A stretch of DNA of 64,000 nt from an uncultured Chloroflexia bacterium (GTDB lineage Bacteria; Chloroflexota; Limnocylindria; QHBO01): assembly GCA_963814375.1 (NCBI GenBank), contig CAWFCQ010000007.1, forward strand, positions 283,244-347,243, written 5' to 3'. Below the pieces are notes generated by a model. It searched no databases. It was not told the origin of the DNA and saw only the letters and a list, made by a program, of their open reading frames with translations. Below are positions 1 to 7,790 of the stretch, one piece after another; the stretch's first letter is position 1, and every line of letters starts with the position of its first letter. The position numbers and the translations under genes are program-made.

Positions 1-177
1 GCGGGCGGCACCCACGATCCCGAGCAGGACCGGTGAGCTGCTCTCGGCGTAGACGACCACGAGGACGGCGACGAGGTAGAGCCAATCGCCGATGCCGGAG
101 ATGAACTCGCCGATCAGCAGGCGCGCCAGCGCGCCGTTGCGGCGGAAGAGGTCGATGTAGGTCCCGAAGAGGCTCAC
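1..177 (-). CDS. MFS transporter, N-terminal part (runs off window)
   Basis: Manual translation from GTG at 177: MSLFGTYIDLFRRNGALARLLIGEFISGIGDWLYLVAVLVVVYAESSSPVLLGIVGAAR, typical MFS TM1/TM2; GTGA overlap with the S8 stop codon. Confidence 0.8.
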   Translation of the reverse strand, partial: MSLFGTYIDLFRRNGALARLLIGEFISGIGDWLYLVAVLVVVYAESSSPVLLGIVGAAR

Positions 178-1022
178 TCCGCCGAGCCGGCCCGGTGGCG
201 CCACGGATGTCGGCGGCCCGGATTGTCGGCCACGCTGGTCAGCACCGCCTTGACCTCGAACGGGCTGAGGCCGGGATGCTTCGAGAGGATCAGGGCCACC
301 AGGCCCGCGATGTGCGGCGCCGCGAAGCTATTGCCCGTGGCCACCGTCGAGCCGCCATCCTTCCAGGCGATCGGGACGTCCACCCCCCAGGCGCCGAACT
401 CGACCGGAGGGGACGGGTTGTAGTAGATCCGCCACGGATCGGGCTCGGGATGGGCGGCAACCGAGAAGACCGATGAGAAGAGCGATGGATAGCTCGGCGC
501 CGGCACGTTGTTCGCGGCGCTGACCAGGGCCATCGACTGGAAGTAGGCGCGATCGGCCAGATCGTGGAAGACCGGATACAGCGACTCGCTCTTCGAGGAG
601 AGACTTAGGTTGCAGACCTCGAGCCCCTGCTCGATCGCCCACTCCAGCCCCGCCGCGAAGGCCGTCCCCTTGCCGCGCAGGTCGGCGCCGAGGACGCGGA
701 TCGAGACCAGCTCGACCTCCGGCGCCATCGACAGGATGATGCCGCCGCACGCCGTGCCGTGGCCGAACATGTCGACGCCCTCGTCGGGAACGACGACGGG
801 CCCATCGTCGGTCATCTCGACGGTGACGTTCTGGACGACGCGGCCGGCGAGACGTGGGTGGTCGTTCTCGAGCCCCGAGTCGATGATCCCGACCCGCACC
901 CCGGCCCCCGTCGCGCCGCCCCAGGCCCAGTCGCGCGTGAGGCCGCGCAGGCGAAGCCGCCGACGCAGCTCGCGACGGGGATTGGCGAACGGCTCAGACC
1001 ATGCCGGCAGCTCCGGCGTCAT
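174..1022 (-). CDS. S8 (subtilisin-family) serine peptidase, minimal, no signal peptide
   Basis: Triad motifs GIIDSG, GHGTACG, TGNSFAAPH; oxyanion SAANN. Confidence 0.92.
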   Translation of the reverse strand: MTPELPAWSEPFANPRRELRRRLRLRGLTRDWAWGGATGAGVRVGIIDSGLENDHPRLAGRVVQNVTVEMTDDGPVVVPDEGVDMFGHGTACGGIILSMAPEVELVSIRVLGADLRGKGTAFAAGLEWAIEQGLEVCNLSLSSKSESLYPVFHDLADRAYFQSMALVSAANNVPAPSYPSLFSSVFSVAAHPEPDPWRIYYNPSPPVEFGAWGVDVPIAWKDGGSTVATGNSFAAPHIAGLVALILSKHPGLSPFEVKAVLTSVADNPGRRHPWRHRAGSAE

Positions 1023-1798
1023 CGGCGCATGGAGCTGCGCTGGCCACGCTCAGCATGACCGGCGACGACCTCGAGAATATCGGCCACCAGGTCGAGCTCC
1101 CGGTCGCTGAGCCCGCGGAGCCGCGCGACCTGGTCGACGAGCCGCCAGAAGGGCGCATCCTCGTCAGCGTCGAGGCCCGCCGTCGCCGTCGAGACCGCCG
1201 CCTCGACCTCGGCATCGGTCAGCTCGCCGCCGAGCTCGCGAAGCACGGTGCCGATCAGCCGCGTCGTGTCGCGTTGCACCTTGGCCGCCCCGATGGCAAC
1301 CGTTGCCTGGCCGGCGAAGACGCCGAGCAGCTCCATGTCTCGCAGCGAGAAGGTGGCCGATGAATGCTTGTCGAGGACCTGGAGGACGCCGACCACGGCG
1401 TCCTCGCCGGTCAGTGGCGCAGCGGCGATCGAGCGCGGGACATAGCCCGTCTGCTCGGCGGCGTCGCGATTGAAACGTGGATCGCTGGCGACGTCCGAGA
1501 GGGCGAGTGCCTGACCGGTGGAATACACGAAGCCAACGATGCCCTGCGTGGGCGGCACAGAGAGGCCGATCGCGCCCGCGCCCTTCTCACCGGCGGCGAC
1601 GCGAAAAACGAGCCGGTCCGGATCCGGCTCGAAAAGAGCGATGGAGGCGGCCTCGGCATCGAAGAGGCGCACCGTGGCGTCGACGATGCTCTGGAGAAGC
1701 CTCGTCTCGATGTCGCCCTGGAGCCGCCGACCGACGGCGGAACGCCGCGACGCCGCAACGAGTGCGGCGATCGCGGCATCCACCGGAGGGTCTGCCAC
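1019..1798 (-). CDS. Stand-alone GAF domain protein
   Basis: ASIALFE..LVFRVAAG, GIVGFV, DVASDPRFN, SIAAAPL..VGVLQVLDK..FSLRDMELL; ATGA overlap with S8 gene. Confidence 0.88.
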   Translation of the reverse strand: MADPPVDAAIAALVAASRRSAVGRRLQGDIETRLLQSIVDATVRLFDAEAASIALFEPDPDRLVFRVAAGEKGAGAIGLSVPPTQGIVGFVYSTGQALALSDVASDPRFNRDAAEQTGYVPRSIAAAPLTGEDAVVGVLQVLDKHSSATFSLRDMELLGVFAGQATVAIGAAKVQRDTTRLIGTVLRELGGELTDAEVEAAVSTATAGLDADEDAPFWRLVDQVARLRGLSDRELDLVADILEVVAGHAERGQRSSMRR

Positions 1799-1814
1799 CG
1801 GCGTGGCTACCGGT

Positions 1815-2259
1815 TCAGCGCTTCAGGGTCCCGTGACCCTCGGTGTCGTCTTCCTCGGCGCGGCGGCTCAGCCCGCCGATGTGGCCCTCAACGTCGTCCT
1901 CGTCGGCACGCTTGAGGACGCCGTGGCCCTCCGTGTCGTCCCTCAGCGCGCTTGAGCACGCCGTGACCCTCGACGTCGTCTTCGTCGGCACGCTTGAGGA
2001 CGCCGTGGCCCTCCGTGTCGTCCTCGTCAGCGCGCTTGAGCACGCCGTGACCCTCTGTGTCGTCCTCATCGGCGCGCTTGAGCACGCCGTGACCCTCGGT
2101 GTCGTCGTCAGTCGCGCGGAAGCCCGACTGACCGCCTTCCTGGATTCTCTCGTCGTCCATCATGTGACCCTCCACTGAATCGTCATCGTGTGCCTCCCCG
2201 CCGAGCGAACCCGGTCGGGAGAAGCCCTCCATCGGCGGACGCCGCCGGTAGTTGTCCAT
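1815..2259 (-). CDS. Tandem DD[T/V]EGH-repeat peptide precursor (frameshift near 1942)
   Basis: AGGAGG RBS upstream of ATG 2259; ORFs 1888..2259 and 1815..2069 join across one extra G, giving 7 DDxEGH units plus one degenerate unit, ending GTLKR-stop. Confidence 0.8.
1818..2110. repeat. ~42-bp tandem coding repeat, 7 units
   Basis: Unit on minus strand gac gac ac(c/a/g) gag gg(t/c) cac ggc gt(g/c) ctc aag cg(c/t) gc(c/t) ga(t/c) ga(g/a); differences mostly at third codon positions. Confidence 0.92.
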
Positions 2260-2359
2260 GCGATCCTTCGCCTCCTAGCTGGCAGCGTACTCGCATCCAA
2301 TGTCACGAATCCTAGGCCCGGTGATGACTTTCGCAGCATCGCTGACCGGACAGATCCGA

Positions 2360-2375
2360 TGTCGGTTACGCGACA
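2360..2375. promoter_or_regulatory. Candidate Crp-type operator TGTCG-N6-CGACA
   Basis: Perfect half-site palindrome with CRP 5-6-5 geometry between the crp-like gene and the precursor. Confidence 0.4.
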
Positions 2376-2379
2376 GTGT

Positions 2380-3075
2380 TCACCGCGCTCCGTGCCGCTC
2401 GAGCTCCGCGAGATCGTGGATCACGAGCGTGTCACGTTCGATGCTGATGAGTCCGTCGTCGACCAAACCGCTCAGAAGCTTGTTCACGCTCTGGCGCGTT
2501 CCGCCGATCATGGCGGCCAGGTCGGACTGAGTGTAGGGCCAGTCGAGCTCGACCCGGCCGGTGGCCTGCGGCGAGGCGTCCCGAGCCACGCGCACGAGGC
2601 GCATCGAGAGGCGGCCCGCAAGGTCCAGGAAGTGCAGCTCCTCGACGTGACCGGTGAGGCGCCGCAGCTCCTCTGCCAGGGCGTGGAGGAGGGCGGTCAC
2701 GAGATGCGGATCATCCCTGAGCAGGTTGAGGAACGGCTCGCGCGGCAGGGCCAACGTCTCGGTCGGCTCGATCGCCGTAGCCGTGGTTGACCTGGGCGAG
2801 CTGTCGAGCAGCGCGAGCTCGCCGAAGAAGTCCCCCGGCTTGAGGCTGGCGATGATCGCCTCCTCGCCCTCCGTCGACGGCAGGACGATCTTGACGCCGC
2901 CGGCCGCCACCACCTGGAGCGAATCGCCGATGTCACCCTGGTGGAAGATCACCTCGTTGCGCCGGAAGCGCCGCCTGCGCATCTGCGCCGCGATCGCGCG
3001 GAGGGCCTCGTCGGTGACGTGCGCAAAGAGGGCGCACCGCCGAAGGCTGTCGACCGCCAGGGATTCGTCCAGCAC
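2380..3075 (-). CDS. Crp/Fnr family transcriptional regulator
   Basis: cNMP domain (IFHQGD, GDFFGELALLD..PRSTTA) plus C-terminal HTH TQSDLAAMIGGTRQSVNKLL. Confidence 0.95.
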   Translation of the reverse strand: MLDESLAVDSLRRCALFAHVTDEALRAIAAQMRRRRFRRNEVIFHQGDIGDSLQVVAAGGVKIVLPSTEGEEAIIASLKPGDFFGELALLDSSPRSTTATAIEPTETLALPREPFLNLLRDDPHLVTALLHALAEELRRLTGHVEELHFLDLAGRLSMRLVRVARDASPQATGRVELDWPYTQSDLAAMIGGTRQSVNKLLSGLVDDGLISIERDTLVIHDLAELERHGAR

Positions 3076-3173
3076 GCGTGATCCTCAGACTCGGGCGAAT
3101 GAGCAGGGCAGTGCGGACACTCTCGTGGTGTGCCTCTCCGCCGTCAAGGGGTCACCAACGCGTTTTCCCCAGG

Positions 3174-3189
3174 TGTCATGCGGCCGACA
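3174..3189. promoter_or_regulatory. Second candidate Crp-type operator TGTCA-N6-CGACA
   Basis: Same geometry as 2360 site, in the divergent crp/small-protein intergenic region. Confidence 0.3.
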
Positions 3190-3328
3190 CGAGGAGCGCC
3201 GCGGACGGACATCACGCCCATCGGGACGTTGACGACCCGGCTGTCGCCCGCTTGCTCACGAGGACGGGCACAGCGGCGGGAGGATGGCACCAGGCAAACG
3301 AGCCCACAACGCTCGAAGGAGGAATCCG

Positions 3329-3604
3329 ATGCTCGGCCCGAACCACCACACATTCCACCTGGCGAATGAGGCATATGACAAGCGGGTCCAGCATGCGGCT
3401 CGGATCCAGGCGATCAAGCAGGATCGCGAGGACGGCACGCAGCCGGTCAACCTCGAGGGCCATCGCTTCATCACCGCTCGGCGACTGGCCGCCGCTGGCA
3501 TTGCCGGCTTCGTCCTCACCGCCGCGATCGCTGCCGGAGGGGCCGGCATCGCCGCCGCCTCGCCGAACCACGCTTCCGGTGGAGGCGCGATCCAGATTCG
3601 CTGA
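3329..3604 (+). CDS. Small hypothetical protein with C-terminal hydrophobic segment
   Basis: AAGGAGGA RBS before ATG 3329; followed by a hairpin. Confidence 0.7.
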   Translation: MLGPNHHTFHLANEAYDKRVQHAARIQAIKQDREDGTQPVNLEGHRFITARRLAAAGIAGFVLTAAIAAGGAGIAAASPNHASGGGAIQIR

Positions 3605-3629
3605 CACCCCCAAACACGACGATCAACCA

Positions 3630-3659
3630 CCGACGCCGGGACCTACCCCTCGGCGTCGG
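3630..3659 (+). terminator. GC-rich hairpin after small protein gene
   Basis: ccgacgccggg / ctcggcgtcgg stem. Confidence 0.5.
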
Positions 3660-3702
3660 TTCCGCGTTCGGCGGCCTTTGCTAGAATCACGCCCCGTCAC
3701 CG

Positions 3703-3778
3703 GCGGGAGTAGCTCAGCTGGCAGAGCGCGACCTTCCCAAGGTTGAGGCCGCGGGTTCGATCCCCGTCTCCCGCTCCA
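3703..3778 (+). tRNA. tRNA-Gly(CCC)
   Basis: GCGGGAG/CTCCCGC acceptor, anticodon loop TTCCCAA, GGTTCGATCC T-arm, encoded CCA; TAGAAT -10 upstream. Confidence 0.97.
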
Positions 3779-3827
3779 AACCATCCGCGCCGTCATACAC
3801 GCCCGACACCTCAGGAGCGATGCACCG

Positions 3828-4202
3828 ATGCAGCACGGCGACTTCACCCATATCGAGATCCCCGCCGACGACCCCGCCCGAGCGAAGGGGTTCTACGGCG
3901 ACGTGTTCGGATGGAACTTCCCGCCCGAGATCCCGGGATTCGAGGGTTACCACATGTTCAGCACGCCGGTGGGCCAGGACGGCTTCGGTGGAGCGATCGG
4001 CAAGCGTGGTGAGCTGGCGCCGGACAAGGTCCGGACCTACATCCACGTCGACTCTATCGAGGCCACGCTCCCGAAGATCTCCGAGCTCGGCGGCGCGGTC
4101 GTCGAGCCCAGGCGCGAGGTGCCGGGCCAGGGTTGGTACGCCGTCTTCACCGATACCGAGGGCAACGAGCTCGCTCTGTGGGAGACCGGCGACCAGGGCT
4201 GA
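3828..4202 (+). CDS. VOC/glyoxalase family protein
   Basis: HIEIPADDPARAKGFYGDVFGW ... FTDTEGNELALWE. Confidence 0.9.
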   Translation: MQHGDFTHIEIPADDPARAKGFYGDVFGWNFPPEIPGFEGYHMFSTPVGQDGFGGAIGKRGELAPDKVRTYIHVDSIEATLPKISELGGAVVEPRREVPGQGWYAVFTDTEGNELALWETGDQG

Positions 4203-4228
4203 TCGCCCGCGCCCGTATCCTCTCCCGC

Positions 4229-5326
4229 ATGCGGCACCGCCTCGCGCTCGTCACCGGGGCGGCCGTTCTGCTCGCCGCCTGCTCGTCGGCGCCGCCCACG
4301 ACGCCCTCCGCGTCAGCGACACCACCCGGGCCTACGACCACGACATCGCCGAGCGCCGAGGCAGAGGTCAGCGCCACCGCCAGCCCGTCGGCCGATCCGG
4401 TGCCGCTGGCCTGGGACGCGCTCGAGGTCGGCGTCGGACCAGCGGCGCGCGAGGACCACACCTGGACCGTGGGTGACGACGGCCAGACCGCGTACCTGTT
4501 CGGAGGCCGGGATGGCGCGCAGGCATACGCCGATCTCTGGGCCTTCGATCTCGGCAGCGACACCTGGAGCCAGCTCCAGCCGGGCGCAGGGCCCGCTGCC
4601 CGCTTCGGCCACGAGGCGGCATGGGTCACCGGAGTCGGGCTCGTGGTGTTCGCCGGCCAGGCGGGCACCACGTTCTTCAACGATCTGTGGGCATTCGATC
4701 CGGAAGCGGGCAGCTGGCGTCAGCTTCCGTCGGGCCCCACGAGGCCGGTGGCGCGGTACGGGACGTGTGCGGCGGTCGGGCCGGATGGCCGGCTGTGGAT
4801 CAGTCACGGGTTCACCTCGGACGGGACGCGTTTCGCCGACACGTGGGCATATGACTTCGACACGGGCGGCTGGATCGAGGAGACCCCCGAGGGTGAGCGG
4901 CCCGTCGAGCGCTGCCTGCATGGCTGCTGGTGGACCGATGACGCGGCGCTGACCCTGTACGCCGGCCAGACGACGGGCGTCACCGCGCTTGGCGATCGCT
5001 GGTCGCTCGGCACCGAGGGCTGGTCGAGCATCGGGGGTGCGCTTCCGCCGGAGCGCAACCTGTACGCCCGAACCAGGACCGGCGACGCGACGCTGGTCTT
5101 CGGAGGGCAGGCGCTGGATGGCACCTACCTCGGCGATCTCTGGCTGCTCGCGGACAACTCACCCGATGCGGGACCGCTCACAGCGAGCGGCGGGCCGTCG
5201 CGCGCCGGCGCCGAGCTCGTCACCGACGAGGATTCCGGCCGCGTCCTCCTCTTCGGAGGGCGAGACGCCGATGGAGCGCATGGCGACCTGTGGGCCCTGA
5301 CCGGCTCCGAGATCGCCGGCGGCTGA
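4229..5326 (+). CDS. Kelch-repeat beta-propeller lipoprotein
   Basis: Lipobox LAAC, S/T/P linker, repeated LFGG...DLWAFD..W blades. Confidence 0.85.
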   Translation: MRHRLALVTGAAVLLAACSSAPPTTPSASATPPGPTTTTSPSAEAEVSATASPSADPVPLAWDALEVGVGPAAREDHTWTVGDDGQTAYLFGGRDGAQAYADLWAFDLGSDTWSQLQPGAGPAARFGHEAAWVTGVGLVVFAGQAGTTFFNDLWAFDPEAGSWRQLPSGPTRPVARYGTCAAVGPDGRLWISHGFTSDGTRFADTWAYDFDTGGWIEETPEGERPVERCLHGCWWTDDAALTLYAGQTTGVTALGDRWSLGTEGWSSIGGALPPERNLYARTRTGDATLVFGGQALDGTYLGDLWLLADNSPDAGPLTASGGPSRAGAELVTDEDSGRVLLFGGRDADGAHGDLWALTGSEIAGG

Positions 5327-5356
5327 GGTGGCCCGTCACGTGCTGAGCACGCACGG

Positions 5357-5905
5357 ATGAGCACCCCCTCCACGGAAGCCGCGTGGTCGGTCCGGCCCGA
5401 GCAGCCGATCGATCTCGACCAGATCCACGAGCTCCATCGGACCGCCTTCAACGGCCCTGCCGAGGCTGACCTCGTCGACGCCATCCGCCGCGGACCAAAC
5501 TTCATGCCCGAGCTGTCGCTTGTGGCCGTCGCGCCTGACGCGAGCGTCCTGGGCCACGTGCTCATCAGCCGGATCGCTTTCGCACCGGCCGATGCGGATG
5601 CGGAGAGGACCGATGCGCTCGCTCTGGCGCCGCTGGCCGTCCTTCCGCCGTACTGGGGCCGCGGCATCGGCTCTGCGCTCGTGCGCCTGGCCCTTGGCGT
5701 CGCCGATGAGAGGGCGGAGCCGCTCGTCGCCGTTATCGGCGCGCCCTCGTACTACGCCCGATTCGGGTTCCTGCCGGCGGCCGAGCACGGTGTTGGCGGC
5801 CAGTACGGCGATGCGGGCGATGCCTTCCAGGTCCGGCTCCTCCCGGGCCATTCGGCGCCAGGTGAGGGGTCGCTCATCTACCCGTCGATGTTCGAGGGCC
5901 TCTAG
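5357..5905 (+). CDS. GNAT N-acetyltransferase (YhbS-like)
   Basis: LAPLAVLPPYWGRGIGSAL, G.PSYYARFGF. Confidence 0.9.
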   Translation: MSTPSTEAAWSVRPEQPIDLDQIHELHRTAFNGPAEADLVDAIRRGPNFMPELSLVAVAPDASVLGHVLISRIAFAPADADAERTDALALAPLAVLPPYWGRGIGSALVRLALGVADERAEPLVAVIGAPSYYARFGFLPAAEHGVGGQYGDAGDAFQVRLLPGHSAPGEGSLIYPSMFEGL

Positions 5906-6519
5906 TCATCGTCATCGGAGCGACCGGAGCCGCTCCCGCTCGATCCGCTGCCGCCCGAGTCATCACCGCCGCCCGGGCCGCTGTTGTCGTCACCGCCTCC
6001 GCCAGGCCCGCTGTTGTCCGACTCGCTCGGCTCCGGCGTCTCGATCCCGTCATCGTCATCGGATGCCGAGGGCGTGGCGGAGGGTGACCCGGTGGGAGTT
6101 GGCGACGGCGATGCGGATTCGGAAGGGCTCGGCGATGGCGTCGCGGATTCGGAGGGGCTCGGTGAGGGCGACGGAGTGACCACGGTGGGCGGACTCGGCG
6201 TGGTTCCCACATTGCCGTTGCGGGCGAGGTCGGCGAGCTGACCCAGGGCGAGGGCCCCCACGACCGCCACCGCGACAACCGCCGTGGCGGCCATCGCCCG
6301 GGCCGGCGCGTGCCACGCAACCCAACCGGCGGTGAGGGACGCCCACCACCCGAGCGCGGGAGTGGGTTCCGCATCGATCGCCGCATGGATGCGGCCGGCG
6401 AGATCGAGCGGGGGCGCATCGGCTCGTTCGGCGCTGTACCGCTCCAGCCGCCCTGCGACCTCGTCGAGGGAAGCTTCGGCGCGGTCGAGCTCATCCGGCC
6501 CGAACGGGTGTCGGGTCAT
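5902..6519 (-). CDS. Putative anti-sigma membrane protein with SP-rich linker and DNSGPG tail
   Basis: ATGA-coupled to ECF sigma; short cytoplasmic N-terminus, one TM helix, low-complexity C-terminus. Confidence 0.7.
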   Translation of the reverse strand: MTRHPFGPDELDRAEASLDEVAGRLERYSAERADAPPLDLAGRIHAAIDAEPTPALGWWASLTAGWVAWHAPARAMAATAVVAVAVVGALALGQLADLARNGNVGTTPSPPTVVTPSPSPSPSESATPSPSPSESASPSPTPTGSPSATPSASDDDDGIETPEPSESDNSGPGGGGDDNSGPGGGDDSGGSGSSGSGSGRSDDDD

Positions 6520-7061
6520 TGGCTCGCACTCCGCGTTCCGAGGACCGGGCGCAGACGCTCCAGGCCCCGTCGCAGGTGGGTCTTGACGGTGTTGATCGGC
6601 CGTCCCGTGGCTTCCGCGACCTCCGCGAGCGAGAGCTCGCCGAAGAATCGCAGCGCGACCACCTCCCGATAGGGATCAGGGAGTGCGGCGACCGCGTCGC
6701 GCACCTCGTCACGCTGTTCGGCGGCCTCGGCGGCGCGGCTCGGATCGACGGTCGGGTCGGCAGTCATCGGCTCGGCCACCGCGTCCAGGTCGGCCGTCGG
6801 CCGGCGCTGAGCGATGCGGCGGTAGGCCTGGCGCGTGGCGATCCGCAGAAGCCACGCACGTATTGGACCCTCGCCGCGGTAGCTGCCGATTGACCGAAAT
6901 GCCGCCACGAATGCCTCCTGCGTCACGTCTTCGGCATCGTGCGAGCGGCCGAGGATCCGGTAGCAGGCGCGATAGACAGCAGAGGTCTCGAGGTCCACGA
7001 GCTGGCTGAACGCGTCCCGATCACCTGACCGAACGGCATCGACGAGAGCGCGGTCGTCCAC
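6516..7061 (-). CDS. ECF RNA polymerase sigma factor
   Basis: DAEDVTQEAF, WLLRIA (region 2); REVVALRFF..LSLAEVA..INTVKTHLRRG (region 4). Confidence 0.93.
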   Translation of the reverse strand: MDDRALVDAVRSGDRDAFSQLVDLETSAVYRACYRILGRSHDAEDVTQEAFVAAFRSIGSYRGEGPIRAWLLRIATRQAYRRIAQRRPTADLDAVAEPMTADPTVDPSRAAEAAEQRDEVRDAVAALPDPYREVVALRFFGELSLAEVAEATGRPINTVKTHLRRGLERLRPVLGTRSASQ

Positions 7062-7109
7062 GCCCTCATCGTGCCACGATGTCCCCCACATCCGGGCCGA
7101 CACCTCGAT

Positions 7110-7685
7110 TCAGTCGTCGTGGCCGGAGTTGTCATCGTCGTCGTCGCCGTTGCCGGGACCCGAGTTGTCGTCGTCATCGTCGTCGTCGCCGTTGCCGGGA
7201 CCCGAGTTGTCGTCGTCATCGTCGTCGTCGCCGTTGCCGGGACCCGAGTTGTCGTCACCGTCGTCGCCGTCGTCATCGGCGGAAGCGGTCGGGTCAGAGC
7301 TGGCGGACGCGCTGGCGGAGGCGGAGGCCGATGCGCTGGCGGAGGCGGAGGCCGATGCGCTGGCGGCCGGGCTGGCCGGACCATCGTCGTTCCCGGTGTT
7401 GTTCCCGCCGTTGTCATCGGCGGAAGCGGTCGGGTCAGGGCTGGCCGACGCGCTGGCGGAGGCGCTCGCCGACGGTGACGGCGAGGCCGAGATGCTTGCG
7501 CCGAACGTCTCGAGTCCGGCGGTGGCCGATGGCGACGCATCCGTGTTCGTCCCGGTCTCGCCGTCGCGGTCGTTGCCCGTCGCCAGCACGACGCCGGCCA
7601 TGAGCAGGAGGGCGCCCACGGCGAGGATGAGGCCGCGGAACGTGGTGTTGATGTTCACGATGGTCGAGCTCCCACTGGTGTTCAT
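7110..7685 (-). CDS. Secreted acidic low-complexity protein with (SA)n and DDNSGPGNG repeats
   Basis: Hydrophobic signal-like N-terminus; three 39-bp DNA repeats; start uncertain. Confidence 0.7.
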   Translation of the reverse strand: MNTSGSSTIVNINTTFRGLILAVGALLLMAGVVLATGNDRDGETGTNTDASPSATAGLETFGASISASPSPSASASASASASPDPTASADDNGGNNTGNDDGPASPAASASASASASASASASASASASSDPTASADDDGDDGDDNSGPGNGDDDDDDDNSGPGNGDDDDDDDNSGPGNGDDDDDNSGHDD

Positions 7686-7790
7686 TCGCCGCGAGAGGAG
7701 CGGCGCTCACCTGTTCTGAGCCATCGCGTCCGGCAAAGGTTTCACCTGCGTGCGCCATCGGCCGCCCGTCCGGGGTTCGTCCCGATTAGC

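Noticed and set aside
1935-1950. Programmed frameshift in the precursor
   Set aside because: Only a GGG run with no slippery heptamer; matches the window-wide +1 error pattern
1818-2110. CRISPR array
   Set aside because: Units are contiguous 42-bp codon-phase repeats with synonymous variation, no unique spacers, and no cas genes
1843-2178. Plus-strand repeat ORF (ALEHAVTL..)
   Set aside because: Antisense shadow of the precursor; RBS, operon direction and synonymous pattern favour the minus strand
7129-7270. 39-bp repeats as a DNA-level element
   Set aside because: Explained by the coding DDNSGPGNG repeat
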